NCBI GenBank assembly: GCA_951406725.2
Contig: OX597816.1
Location: 114,824,001-114,888,000 of the forward strand
From: Octopus vulgaris
Lineage: Eukaryota
DNA length: 64,000 nucleotides
Reading direction: 5' to 3'
Part shown: piece by piece, positions 1 through 12,926 of the stretch
How positions within the stretch are numbered: position 1 is the stretch's first letter
Layout: each line of letters starts with the position of its first letter
The notes under the pieces: model-generated
The model's input: only the letters and a program-made list of their open reading frames with translations
Database searches by the model: none
Told to the model about the DNA's origin: nothing
Made by a program: the position numbers and the translations under genes

Positions 1-51
<51 letters not shown>

Positions 52-209
52 CATATATATTATGTATGTATGTGCAAATACTTGCTGGAAGCAAAATAAA
101 GATAAACCAATTCAATGCATATTGCAGGTTAGCTTATTAAATTTTTATACTTTTAAAATCATTACTCAAAGTTTCATAAAGGCCAGATGTTCATTTTGAA
201 AAAGAATAC

Positions 210-567
210 ATCACACAGCCATGTGTTGAGATGAATTCTTTGGAGTTTGAATAATTCACTTCTGGAAACGTAAGGGTTTCATTCAACATCCGTAAACAAT
301 CCTTATTCAAGGACCATTTGAGTGTGATGGGCTACTTGACCTGAAATAAATTCTAACTGGGCCCCACCTGCAAGGTCATTCACTGTTTATCTCGATATGA
401 AATCACCATGTTGAGCACCTATGGTTATGATGCATGTGCCTGGTGTACCCTTATCAGATGGGGTAGTCATGATGGGTATACTGGGTTTCACATATTTTAC
501 CTCAGTGTCACTTTGATGGCATGCTCTGCTCTCTCACTCAGTAATAATAATAATAATAATAATAATA
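210..567 (+). mobile_element. Retroposon 3' end (family D) with (TAA)n tail
   Basis: About 340 bp matches 36361-36695 and, partially, 10388-10530. All copies end ...ctctctcactca(g/a)taat; the two long copies continue into (TAA)n. Confidence 0.7.
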
Positions 568-574
568 AGTGAAG

Positions 575-905
575 GCACATGGCTCAGTGGTTATAGCATC
601 GAGCTTACGATCATGAGGTTGTGAGTTTGAATCCCAGACTGGGCTACGTGTTGTGTTCCTGAACTAGACACTTAATTTCATGTTGTTCCAGTTCACTCAG
701 CTGTAGAAATGAGTTGCGACGTCACAGGTGCCAAGCTGTACCAGCCCTTTCCTTTCCCTTGGATAACATCGGTGGTGTTGGGAGGGAAGGCTGGTATGCA
801 TGGGCAACTGCTGGTTTTCCATAAACAACTTTGCCTGGACTTGTGCCTGGGAGGCTACCTTTCTAGGTGCAATCTCATGGTCAGTCATGATTGAAGTGGG
901 GTCTC
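575..905 (+). mobile_element. tRNA-derived SINE, family A (full length)
   Basis: A-box TGGCTCAGTGG and B-box-like GAGTTTGAATCC. Colinear copies at 32390-32716(-) and 42197-42525(+); head fragments at ~1190-1300(-), 43735-43830(-), 44870-45005(-). Confidence 0.85.
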
Positions 906-1559
906 AGCAATAATAATAATGATAACAATAATAATATAAATGAAATGTCACGTGTTTTGGTGTGTGACTTTTGACCCACCCTGTACACAGACACATACAC
1001 ACACACACATCATTGTATAGCTGTATTGACAAGATTATTGTTGTACATCGCTGGTCACAATGCACTTCCTTGCTTAGTTGTAGCTTTTGAATGATGCCAC
1101 CCTACTTGCAAGGCAGGCAGATACGTTAATGTTCCACCAGAATGGAATACCAGTCCATTGTAGGCTTATCAATTTGCATGTGAATGAATTGAAACAGCAT
1201 AAAATGAAGTGTCTTACCCAAGAACACAACACACTGCACGTCTGGTAATTGAAACCATGGTCTAGTTTTGTAAATGCAACACCTTAACCACTAGGCTACG
1301 CACTTTTACTCACACACACACAAACCGAAACACGTGTATTCTTTGTTTTCAATTCATTCTAAACAGAAGATGCTGTTTTAGCTCCTGAGACTCAAAGCTC
1401 CAACATTAGAATTTAGACATCAACAACAGTGTCATGTTACGTGCTGAATTTTTGAGAAGACTTGCATATTTTCAGTGACCCATACACGAATTGGTAATTA
1501 ACAGGGCCCGACCCTATTTACTACAAGAATCCTAAAATCATTCAGAAATGATTTCATTT

Positions 1560-2016
1560 CCATCAGCTGCTGCTCCTACTGCTGCCACTGCTACTACTGT
1601 TGCTACCGTTTGTTGGTGCTATTGTTGTTGTTGCTCCTTCTTCTTCTTCTTCTTCTTCTTCTTCTTCTTCTTCTTCTTCTTCTTCTTCTTCTTCTCAACC
1701 ACCACCACTACCACCACCTCTTCCCCCACTTCTCCCCCTCTTCACTCCTCCTCCTGCTATGTAGGTGGGAGCAGTGTTACACAGCAGGTGGAAAAAAAGC
1801 AATATTTTAAGACACAGTACATAGGGATTGGAAGAAAACAGAAAAATATTAAAAAAAGAAAAACGAAAAAAAATAAAGCAAAAGAAGAAGAAAAAAAAGA
1901 CACAGCAGTAATTAAAAATCCTGCATCAATTATTATTTGTTTAATTTTTTTCCCTCCTTTCATTGATTTATTTTCAAAGCCATCTTTTTTTTGTTTTTGT
2001 TTTAGCATAATTAACT

Positions 2017-2077
<61 letters not shown>

Positions 2078-2333
2078 CATCATCATCATCATCATCGTCA
2101 TCATTGTTTTTATTGCTGTTATAATTATTGTTATTATTATTGTTTTTATGATTATTATGATTATTATTATTATTATTATTATTGTTATGACTATTAACCT
2201 TTCCCACCTTTTCACCCGACTAAATCTCTCCCTCCTTACACTTTGTTCCATTTTCATGCATTGTCATTATCACCACCACCACCACCACCACCACCATCGT
2301 CATTGTCATTGTCGTCGTCATCGTCATCATCAC

Positions 2334-2370
<37 letters not shown>

Positions 2371-2375
2371 GTTAT
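1560..2375. repeat. Compound trinucleotide microsatellite block (CTT, CCA, TTA, TCA)
   Basis: Direct reading; explains the poly-F/I/H ORFs in the track. Confidence 0.95.
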
Positions 2376-2692
2376 AAAAATAACCAGGCAAGTAAGGTTC
2401 TGCGCTTTTGTCTTCCTCACGTCGTTCTGTTTATGCAGTGGTAACACATTTTACACTCCTTGATATCAAGGTTAATTGATAAATTCTTGTATTTCGACAA
2501 CTACAACAACCACAACAATAATAATGAAGATATTGATGAGGAGGTAGGGGGAGAGGAGATAGCAATAATATGGAAGATAAAAATGGGATATCATCATCAA
2601 GAAGAACAATAATGGATTCAAATTTTTGCATTGGGCCTTCAGTTCTTGAGGGGAGGGAGGAGTCAATTACATCATCCTCAGTACATAACAGG

Positions 2693-3181
2693 TATTGGGT
2701 TGTCCGGAAAGTTCATGCCGATTTATAGTAGCTTACCTTTTGACTTATTTTAGAACATGTTTGAGTCCATAAAATAGGATTTGACTACACCTCCATTTAG
2801 AGTACAGTTTAAGCTATCTTTTCGTGGAAGAAGGTTTATTTTCCTATAACCTGTGTTAATTCTGTAACCCTTTAAAATGGAAGATAAGAAAGTTCATTTT
2901 TGGCACTTTATGCTTTTCTTTTTCTGTAAAGGAGAAAATACCTTACAAGCAACCAAAGAAATATGCGCAGTTTACGGTGATGTTTCTTTATCCAAAAGAA
3001 CTGTACCGAAGTGGTTTGCAAGGTTGGAGATTGAGAATAACCCACATTGCACAACCCGAGAATTGGCAGAAAGCCTCAACCCTCTTTCATGAGCACCTGG
3101 TAAAGATTGGGTGATGGCAAGTATTTATTGACCTTTTTCTTTCCTTTAAAAATCAGCACAAACTTTCCTGACAACTCAATA
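2693..3181 (+). mobile_element. Internally deleted mariner element inserted into a SINE
   Basis: TA-flanked TIRs (ttgggttgtccggaaagttcatgccgattt ... aaatcagcacaaactttcctgacaactcaa). ORF 2877-3092 resembles the mariner transposase N-terminal HTH (MLFFFCKGENTLQATKEICAVYGD...RTVPKWFARL). The family-C SINE is split at ggTA|cttatt. Confidence 0.88.
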
Positions 3182-3480
3182 CTTATTTCATTGACCCGGA
3201 AAGGATGAAAGGCAAAGCAGGCCTTGGTGGAATTTGAGCTCAGAATATAAAGACAGATGAAATGTTGCCAAGAATTATGTCAGGCATCCCAATGGTTCTG
3301 CTGGTCTGCCACCTAAAGAACAACAATAATAACCCTTTCTACAATTGGCACAAGGCCCAGAATTCTGCAGGGGAAGAGGTAGGTTGATCACATTGACATT
3401 AATGTTCAACTGATACTTATCTCATTAACATTGGAAGGATGAAAGGCAAAATTAACCTCAGTGGTATTTAGACTCAGAAC

Positions 3481-3525
<45 letters not shown>

Positions 3526-4448
3526 CATACATGTATACATACATATAAACTATGGGGAGAATTCACAGAAAAAAAAAGACAAAGACAATGTCATCTGGAT
3601 TTCAGTAAAGGAGCCTTGTTTCTAGGCTAGAAACTGGCTCTTTCTCCATTGCTAGGAAACTCCCCCATCCCTTTACTAGTTAGGCTACATCTCAGATATA
3701 TAATATATATTGATGTCCATATATCTGCATGAATACGAGTATCAATGTTTCTGTATGTGTGCATGTGTATAAACTCATACATGCACACATAAATATATAT
3801 ATATATTTGGTGAGGAACCTGCATTAGTGATATATATATATATATATATCTGTAATGCAGGTTTTATGTTTTTTATGTCTGTTTATTTTTTAGTGTCCTC
3901 TGAAAAGTAACACCCTGTATATATAAGGCAGGCCAAAAGTCACGCATAAAATCACTGCAATGCACTCTGGGATTATCAAAGACGTGCTTTAATTTTTCTA
4001 AAACTGAATAAGTAAAATAATGATGAATACACACATCCTTGTATGTTATGAACAACATGATTAATGGTAAAAATAATGGTTTAAATTTTTAGCACAAAGC
4101 CAACAATTTTGGGGGAGGGGTAAGTCAATTACATTGACCCAGGGCATAACTGGTACTTATTTCATCGACCCCAAAAGGATGAAAAGTAAAGTTGATGGGT
4201 GAAATGCTGCTAAGCATTTTGTGTGGGGGTGTGGGTGGGTGTTAACTAAAGGGTCTGCTAGCTTATTGCCTTAACAACAAGAATAAGAATAATGGTTTCA
4301 AATTTTGATGCAAGGCCAAGACTTTCAGGGGAGGTGGTAGCTGATTACATTGACCCTGGTGCTCAACTGTTGCTTATTTTATTGACACCCCACCCAAAAG
4401 GATTAAAGGTAAAGTTAACCCTGGCAGAATTTGAGCTCAGAATGTATA

Positions 4449-4860
4449 GGTGTAGGAGTGGCAGTGTGGTAAGTAGCTTGCTTATGAACTGCATGGTTCC
4501 GGGTTCAGTCCCACTGCGTGGCACCTTGGGCAAGTGTCTTCTACTATAGCCTTGGGCCGACCAAAGCCTTGTGAGTGGATTTGGTAGACAGAAACTGAAA
4601 GAAGCCTGTCGTATATATGTATGTATATATGTGTTTGTGTGTGTATATGTTTGTGTATCTGTGTTTGTCCCCCCAACATCGCTTGACAACCGATGCTGGT
4701 GTGTTTACGTCCCTGTAACTTAGCGGTTCAGCAAAAGAAACCGATAGAATAAGTACCAAGCTTACAAAGAATAAGCCCTGGGGTCGATTTGCTCGACTAA
4801 AGGCGGTGCTCCAGCATGGCCACAGTCACATGACTGAAACAAATAAAAGAGTAAAAGAGA
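4449..4860 (+). mobile_element. tRNA-headed SINE, family B, with internal TA/TG microsatellite
   Basis: Head ggagtggcagtgtggtaagtagcttg...ggttcagtcc, core ccttgggcaagtgtctt, tail gtaaaagagtaaaagag. Copies at 18308-18662(-), 30607-31005, 52921-53290, 54170-54480, 58143-58505(-), 58737-59130, 59145-59297(-). Confidence 0.88.
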
Positions 4861-5009
4861 ATGGATAAAATGCCAGAGAGCATTTTTTTCCTGTCTGCTG
4901 ATGATTCTGTCAGTTTGGCACTATAATAATAGTTGTTTCATTTTGTTTAATACTTCAATAGTACATTATTTACATTGGATGGATATTTGTCCTCATCTTG
5001 TTTGTTGTT

Positions 5010-5055
5010 ACCACAACGCTTCATCTGATTTACTCTCCAGCCTTTATCAAGTGGT
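5010..5055 (-). ncRNA. Degenerate minimal type-I hammerhead ribozyme motif (PLE-type)
   Basis: Minus strand: accac TTGATAA a ggctg-loop-cagat GAAG cg TT gtggt. Stem I is perfect and the core has U3/A8, but GAAA is mutated to GAAG. Confidence 0.5.
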
Positions 5056-5100
5056 AGAATTTTGAGCCCAACCCTGGGTTCTCATTCCTAGAACATTACT

Positions 5101-5293
5101 TTAACCCTTTTGTTACTGAATTTATTTTGAGATGCTCAAAGAATTTAGTAAAATAATTTAGTTATCATTAAGCTAGTGTTAGGAACATAAACTGTGACTA
5201 AGATTTGGTGGAAGATTTTAATTCAGAACTTATGAAAACAAGACATTTGTACTACAGAGCCGGTTTCAGCCGGGTTGGTAATTAAATGGTTAA
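5101..5293. mobile_element. piggyBac-type MITE (TTAA-flanked), degenerate copy
   Basis: TTAA-CCCTTT...ATGG-TTAA; internal sequence matches 41659-41887. Confidence 0.75.
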
Positions 5294-5558
5294 TAGTAGT
5301 CTACTAGTGATAGAAATAGTAATAATTATAATTGCTTTGGGTTTAAGCACAAAGCAGACAATTTTGAGGAGTGAATTAGTTGACGCCATCAACATCAGTA
5401 CTTGACTAGTACTCTGCTTCATTAAACCCCAAAAAAGAATGAAAGGTAAACTTGACTTTGACAGTATTTGAACTCAGAGTGCAAAGAGTCAGGATAAGTG
5501 TCACATGGTATTTCTCCAATCTGCTAATGGTTCCACTAATCATCATCCTTATAATAAC

Positions 5559-6700
5559 CCTTCTACTATAGGCACAAAGCCTGAAATTTTGGGGATTGGG
5601 GCTAGTCAATTACATTGATCCCAGTGCTCAACTGGTACTTATTTTATTGAGCCTCAAAGAATGAAAGGCAGAGTCAATCTCACTGGAATTTGAACTCAGA
5701 ATGGTAAGACAGCTGAAATGCCGCTAAGCATTATGCTCAGTATGATGCCTAGGCACAAAGCCTGACATTTTGTGGGCAGGGCTAGTTCATTACAAAGATT
5801 TTATTGAGCCTCAAAGAATGAAAGGCAGAGTCAATCTCACTGGAATTTGAACTCAGAATGGTAAGACAGCTGAAATGCCGCTAAGCATTATGCTCAGTAT
5901 GTTAATGATTCTTTTCTACTCTAGGCACAAAGCCTGACATTTTGTGGGCAGGGGCTAGTTCATTACATTGATCCCAGTGCTCAACTGGTACTTATTTTAT
6001 TGAGCCTCAAAGAATGAAAGGCAGAGTCAACCTCACTGGAATTTGAACTCAGAATGGTAAGACAGCTGAAATGCCGCTAAGCATTATGCTCAGTATGTTA
6101 ATGATTCTTTTCTACTCTAGGCACAAAGCCTGACATTTTGTGGGCAGGGGCTAGTTCATTACATTGATCCCAGTGCTCAACTGGTACTTATTTTATTGAG
6201 CCTCAAAGAATGAAAGGCAGAGTCAACCTCACTGGAATTTGAACTCAGAATGGTAAGACAGCTGAAATGCCGCTAAGCATTATGCTCAGTATGTTAATGA
6301 TTCTTTTCTACTCTAGGCACAAAGCCTGACATTTTGTGGGCAGGGGCTAGTTCATTACATTGATCCCAGTGCTCAACTGGTACTTATTTTATTGAGCCTC
6401 AAAGAATGAAAGGCAGAGTCAATCTCACTGGAATTTGAACTTAGACTGGTAAGACAGCTGAAATGCTGTTAAGCATTATGCTCAGTATGCTAATGATTCT
6501 TTTCTACTCTAGGCACAAGGCCTGAAATTTTGGGGGAGTGGGGCTGATCGATTAGATCAACTCCAGTATGCAACTGGCACTTAATTTATTGACCCTGAAA
6601 GGATGGAAGGCGAAGTCAATTTGAAGTCAGAATGTAAAGACAGACGAAATACTTTTAAGCATTTTGCCTAGTGTGCTAATGTTTCTGCCAGCTCACTGTC
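5559..6700 (-). repeat. Tandem array of 196-bp units derived from SINE family C
   Basis: cttttctactctaggcac recurs at 5911, 6107, 6303 and 6499 (period 196). Two further units start at ~5559 and ~5748, the second internally deleted. Confidence 0.92.
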
Positions 6701-6927
6701 CTCATCACCATTATAATAACCACTACAATAATAATGATTTCAAATTTTGGCACAGTGCTGGAAATTTCAGAGAAGGGAGTAAGTTGTTTGAATTAACAGC
6801 CCCACCAGTGCTTAACTGATACTTATTTCATCGACCCCCTAAGAGGATAAAATGTAGTGTCCAGCTTGGTGGAAACTGAACTGAGGATGCAAAAACGGCT
6901 GAAATGCAGTAAAGCATTTTTGTCTGG

Positions 6928-7191
6928 CATGCAAGCGCCGCCTTGACTGGTGTCCATGCTGGTGGCACATAATAAGCACCAACCGGTCGTGGATGTTGCT
7001 AGCCCCCTCTGGCCCCTGTGCTGGTGGCACATAAAAAGCACCCAGTACACTCACAGAGTGGTTGGCATTAGGAAGGGCATTCAGCTGTAGAAACACTGCC
7101 AGATCAGACTGGAGCTTGGAGCAGCCTCCTGGCTTCCCAGGCCCCAGTTGAACCGTCCAACCCATGCTAGCATGGAAAGCGGACGTTAAAC

Positions 7192-7221
<30 letters not shown>
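6928..7221 (+). mobile_element. (GAT)n-tailed retroposon, family E (RTE-like 3' tail)
   Basis: Ends ...ggcattaggaagggcat...catggaaagcggacgttaaacgatgatgat. Copies at 33012-33295, 37270-37600, 42675-43318, 55645-55970, 63320-63515(-); a variant at 28050-28290. Confidence 0.8.
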
Positions 7222-7222
<1 letters not shown>

Positions 7223-7599
7223 CCAGCTCATCACCTTTACAACAGGATTTGTGGTAGTGGTAATAATGAGAATGTGAATGTAGCATGATGCTGGTAACTG
7301 GATGAAGAGCCAGTGGGTAATGATGGTGACAGCAGAATAGTTTCTCTTTATTTAACAAGCATCCATGCATCAGCTAGCTGGTGGTAAAGATCAAAAGTGG
7401 ACTAACTGGAAGCAATTAATGGAAGTTGGGCGCTTATGTGTAATGAAACACACAGTAACGAAACAGCATTAACTGAAGCAGTTAATTATTATTATTGTCA
7501 TTATTATTATCATATATGCATAAACTTATTATTGCTGTTATTCTTATTTATTATCCTTATCATTAGCTTAATTGTTATTAACAATATTACTATTGTTTT

Positions 7600-7995
7600 A
7601 AAGGTGGCGAGCTGGTGGAAACATTAGCATGCTGGGTGAAATCCTTAGTGGTATTTCGTCTGCTGTTACGTTGTGAGTTCAAACTCCGCCGAAGTCGACT
7701 TTGCCTTTCATCCTTTTGGGGTCGATAAATTAAGTACCAGTTATGCACTGGGGTCGATGTAATCGACTTAATCCCTTTGTCTGACCTTGTTTGTTCACTC
7801 TATGTTTAGGCCCTTGTGGGTAGTAAAGAAATAGGTATTTCATCTCTCTTTATGTTCAAATTCTGCTGAGGTCAACTTTTCCTTTCATCCTTTTGGAGTC
7901 GATAAATTAAGTACCAGTTACGTACTGGGGTTGATCTAATCAACTGGCCCCTCTCCCAAAATTTCAGGCCTTGTGCCTAGAGTAGAAAAGAATAT
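7600..7995 (+). mobile_element. SINE family C (internally duplicated copy)
   Basis: Head aaggtggcgagctgg...gagttcaaa(t/c)tcc, core gtcgactttgcctttcatcct...gtcgataaattaagtaccag, tail ccttgtgcctagagtagaaaag. More than 20 copies or fragments in the window, usually next to (TAA/TTA)n. Confidence 0.85.
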
Positions 7996-8242
7996 TACTG
8001 TTGTTTATCTTGCTGTTGATATTATACTTATTTGTATTAATATAGAATCTTCTTCTTCCTCCTCCTATTCCGTCTCTAAAGTCGACTTTGCCTTTCATCC
8101 TTTGCGGGGGAGAGGGAGGGGGGGCATAAAATAAGTACCAGTTGAACACTGGGACTGATGTAATCAACTTGCTCCCTCCTCCTAATATTGCAAGACTCGT
8201 ACCAAAATCTGAAACTACTACTACTATTATTATTATTATTAC

Positions 8243-8276
<34 letters not shown>

Positions 8277-8495
8277 TTATTTTTTTATTGCCCACAAGGG
8301 GCTTAACACAGAGAGAACAAACAAAAGGATAAGTCGATTGCATCGACCCCAGTACGTAACTGGTACTTATTTTATCGACCCCGAAAGGATGAAAGGTAAA
8401 GTCGACCTCTGTGAAATTTGAATTCAGAATGTAACAATAGACAAAATATCGCTAAGCATTTCACCCAGCATGCTATAGTTTCTTTATTATTATTA

Positions 8496-8534
<39 letters not shown>

Positions 8535-8695
8535 GTTGTAGTAGTAGCAGTAGTAGTAGTAGTTGTTATTGTCATTATTGTCCCAAATCTTCTGGGCCCA
8601 TGTCACAAGTAAGAGAAATTATAATAAATGATCACAACATTGATAACCAGTATTTATATTATTCTGCTTATAAAAAATTGCTATATTTATTACTA

Positions 8696-8730
<35 letters not shown>

Positions 8731-8974
8731 GTTGTTGTTATTGCTGCTGCTGCTGCTGCTCCTGTTCTTTTTTGTTTTAAACTGTGAACTGCTATGTAAA
8801 GGAAGTACCAGCCCGTGTCACATCTACAGTCGCAAAGTAGCTCACTCGTGTGTAATTTACAAAAGCAACAAACCTTTCACACCTACACCAACACCACTTC
8901 TAACAAATGCATTGATAAAAGAACAACCAAAAACAACAATATTAAGAAAACCAAAGAGGGAAAAACAAAACAAT

Positions 8975-9003
8975 ACACACACACACACATATATATGAAC
9001 ATG

Positions 9004-9034
<31 letters not shown>

Positions 9035-9270
9035 CTATATGTACGTATATGTATATGATATAAATATATTTGTTCATATGTATGTATATATATATATATA
9101 TATATACACATATATACATATGTGTATATGTGTACATAAATATATATATCTATATATATATATGTATATAAATATACGTATACATATATTTATATATATA
9201 TACATATATATATGCATTTATATATATATATATATACATATACATTCATATATATACACACATATGTATA

Positions 9271-9311
<41 letters not shown>

Positions 9312-9498
9312 GTATATGTGTATGTGTGTGCACATATGCATGAATTTGTGTACATATGTATATGTATATCTATCTATATATACATTCATAAATCCATACG
9401 TTATATATATATGCCTATATCTATATATACACACACATATATATATAGATACATATATAGATAAACAGATACTCACACACATATGCATATATATATAA

Positions 9499-9537
<39 letters not shown>

Positions 9538-9600
9538 CATACATACCATACACAAACACATTTGTATAAATATATACACTCACAAACACATATGAACAGT
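8975..9600. repeat. TA/CA/TG dinucleotide microsatellite block (representative of dozens in the window)
   Basis: Direct reading. Confidence 0.95.
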
Positions 9601-10679
9601 AGTTCGCATAAAGCAAGAAATAGAGAACACAATCATAGTAACAGAAAAAAAAAACAACACCGAGAACAATCACAAAAACAAACAACAACAAGGACATCAA
9701 CAATAACAACAGCAACAACAAGTCCCATCTAACAGAACTAACAAGCTTCATCTAATGGAAATCACAGCTGGGTGCACTTCAATGCTATCTTAATTCTTCA
9801 TTTCACCCCCACCATCATATCTAACCTGCACCCCTACCAGGTCTGCCACCACCACCACCACCACCACCACTACTATAGCACTTACTTCCTAATCTTCCTC
9901 CCCCTTTCATAGGCTGAACCTCTGCTCCCATCCACGTTTCCTCACTTACAATCATCATCATTGTCATAATCATCATAATCATCACCATTGTTGTGCTGGC
10001 TCTCACACACGTTTAATTCAACAACAAACACACTAACAACAAACATCTAACGGAGGAATACCGCCGCACCAATCATCATTGTGTCATCATTTACACTCGT
10101 TTCAAGAGAACTAGGGACAAGCTGATCATCAATTTCATCAACACCATCATCATCATCGTCATATCTAAGACAAAAACATCTTCAAAGTCATCTTCAGAGC
10201 ATATAAACAACTAATAAAAAAGATCCTCCTCACCACCACCACCAACATCACCACCGCCACTGCCACCGCAGCCCCCACCACCACCACCACCACCACCACC
10301 ACTACTAATACTACTACTACTACTAATACGATACTACTATGATGCTACTACTACTGCTACTGCTGCTGCTACTACTACTACTACTACATCACCATGTCGC
10401 ACACATATGGTTGTGATGCATGTGCCTAGTGTACCCTTATCAGGCAGGTAGTCATGATGGGTATACTGGGCTTCGTATATTTTACTCCTGTGTCACTTTG
10501 ATCGCCTGCACTGCTCTCTCACTCAGTAATATACAATAGTGTGTGAGCAAAATCCACATGGATATTAAGTGGATGCATCCTTTCTGAGCATGAGCAAAAG
10601 GTTGTGTCATTTGCCTACAGTGATGCGTTGAGTAAAGATGTGAAGAGTGTGCTGTGTGATTTTTCTTTTTGAGGCAAGA

Positions 10680-11045
10680 CGAGGGATCAGAGTTCTCCTT
10701 CAAGCAGGGACAACATTTCACGGTGAAAAACAGCTTCACATATGCTTCAAAGAACCTGATATATGCACTAACCTGCTCTGGGTGTCAAGAGTAATACATA
10801 GGCCAAACAAAAAAACAGTCTATGTCAAAGGATGGCTCTGCACAGATCCCAGATCAAAATTCAAAAAAACAGAAAAATAGCATTCAGCCAACACATAGAC
10901 ATTTGTGCCAATAACAAAAATCAAAGCTTCAGAATTTTCCCCCTCTATCAATTCAGGGACGATACAACCTGTAGCCAACGAATTAGTAAGGAGTCTCTCT
11001 TTATAACAAAATACAGACCCCTTTTGTATGCTTCTACAACAAATG
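10680..11045 (+). pseudogene. Penelope-like element GIY-YIG endonuclease fragment (disrupted)
   Basis: Manual translation FTVKNSFTYASKNLIYALTCSGCQE*YIGQT, then after a frameshift RMALHRSQI...FSQHIDIC...RISKESLFITKYRPLL. This is GIY-YIG plus the C-terminal E..FI....P.L motif of PLEs. Confidence 0.8.
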
Positions 11046-11451
11046 ACATATCCACCACATCCTTAGAATAACACACGCAAATATTAAAAATGATGCATTC
11101 AAAAGAGATACCCAAGAATTCATTAAAAACAGTTCCAATCATTACTATAATCAACAACGAGTCACTTTTAGGTCACTTGATGATTTAACATCCTACTACT
11201 ATCATACAATCACACCTTTTATTATTCTTTTTCTTCTTCTCCTCTTTCTTCTTCTTCATCTTCTTCTTCCTCTCCACCACTTCCTTCCTTACTTTACAAC
11301 ACTGCTGTTTAGAATAACACCTACACAAATATTAGAAACAATACATTCAAAAGAGATATCTCAAGAATTCAATCACTACTACCATCCACAACAAGTCACT
11401 TTCAGGGCACTTGACCATTTAACAGCCTGCTACAGTCATAGCACTCCTGCA

Positions 11452-11828
11452 TTCTTTTCTTCTTCTTCTTCTTCTTCTTCTTCACCTCCTCCTCCTCTTT
11501 CTTCTTCTTCTTCTTCTTCACCTCCTCCTCTTCTTCTTCTTCTCCTCCTCCTCTTCTTCCTCCTCTTCCTCCTCCTCTTTCTTCTTCTTCTTCACCTCCT
11601 CTTCCTCCTCCTCTTTCTTCTTCTTCTTCACCTCCTCCTCTTTCTTCTTCTTCTTCTTCACCTCCTCCTCTTTCTTCTTCTTCTTCTTCACCTCCTCCTC
11701 CTCTTCTTCTTCCTCCTCTTCCTCCTCCTCTTTCTTCTTCTTCTTCTTCTTCACCTCCTCCTCCTTCTCTTCTTCCTCCTCTTCCTCTTCCTCCTCCTCC
11801 TCCTCCTCCTTCTTCTTCTTCTTCTCTG
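11452..11828. repeat. Long (CTT)/(CCT) polypyrimidine tract with higher-order unit
   Basis: Almost pure pyrimidine; recurring ...ttcttcttcttcacctcctcctct unit. Confidence 0.95.
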
Positions 11829-11960
11829 CCAAGAATTCACAATGACCTCCCTGAGAAGTACATCAAGGATATGTGTGTCTGTGGAGTGCCCAGCCACTTG
11901 CACAAGCAGGTTATTCCATTGACCAAACCAACTGACAGAGTGCTAGTTATATACACATTC

Positions 11961-12002
<42 letters not shown>

Positions 12003-12290
12003 CATATCACTAAACTAACATTTTAACTATTAGAATTGAGATAAATATCAATATGTATACCTGAATAAATGCATAGTTAGGAAGTTGATAAATATATTCA
12101 AAGTAGTATTTCTACAAAATACATCAATAGATTAAGTAATGGCTGCATAAAATCTCTGCTGATACATATTTCTAGATACAGGTAATATTTCCTATTTGTT
12201 GAAGATCCATTTGTACTCACTACAATACACATTGACATGAACACTGATGAAAAACCATTTATGTATTGATATACTAACATACATGCATAC

Positions 12291-12355
<65 letters not shown>

Positions 12356-12406
12356 GTTTGTGTTTGTGCATCTGCATACATATATATAATTATATATGTA
12401 TGTGTG

Positions 12407-12489
<83 letters not shown>

Positions 12490-12719
12490 CACACACATAT
12501 GTATACATGTGCACTTGTACAAATTTATGTATACATATGCACATAAGTACATTGATATATATTGAAGCATTGCACACCTAATAAGATTAATATATTTCAC
12601 ATGCTTCAAAAATATTGATATTCATTATATCTATAACTTTATCAAACTATCAATTTATTTATCTCTCTATCTATCTGTCTGTCTGTCTACCTATCAACAA
12701 GAGCATGTATGTGTGTGTA

Positions 12720-12785
<66 letters not shown>

Positions 12786-12841
12786 GCTATCTAGCTATCT
12801 ATCTATCTACCTACCTACCTACCTACCTACCTACCTATCTC

Positions 12842-12926
<85 letters not shown>

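Noticed and set aside
575-650. tRNA gene-like A/B boxes (also at 42197 and 52921)
   Set aside because: They continue into SINE bodies and lack a proper acceptor stem, so they are SINE heads rather than tRNA genes.
1340-1550. Unique island with splice-acceptor-like sites on both strands
   Set aside because: All frames stop quickly after either acceptor. It could be non-coding functional DNA, but there is no further support.
1548-2444. 298-aa ORF, and other long ORFs such as 24991-25893, 11518-11832 and all YIYI/CVCV ORFs
   Set aside because: They are translations of microsatellites or low-complexity tracts, with no domain content.
3600-3645. gagcct-loop-aggct-a-GAAA-ctgg hammerhead-like hairpin
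   Set aside because: The CUGANGA box, UH and stem I are not recoverable, so it is too decayed to call.
4363-4689. Recurrent ORF family (...[31 protein letters not shown]...) seen at several loci
   Set aside because: It is the antisense translation of SINE family B, not a gene family.
5559-6700. Regularly spaced repeats suggestive of a CRISPR array
   Set aside because: There are no unique spacers; the units are whole SINE-derived tandem copies in eukaryotic DNA.
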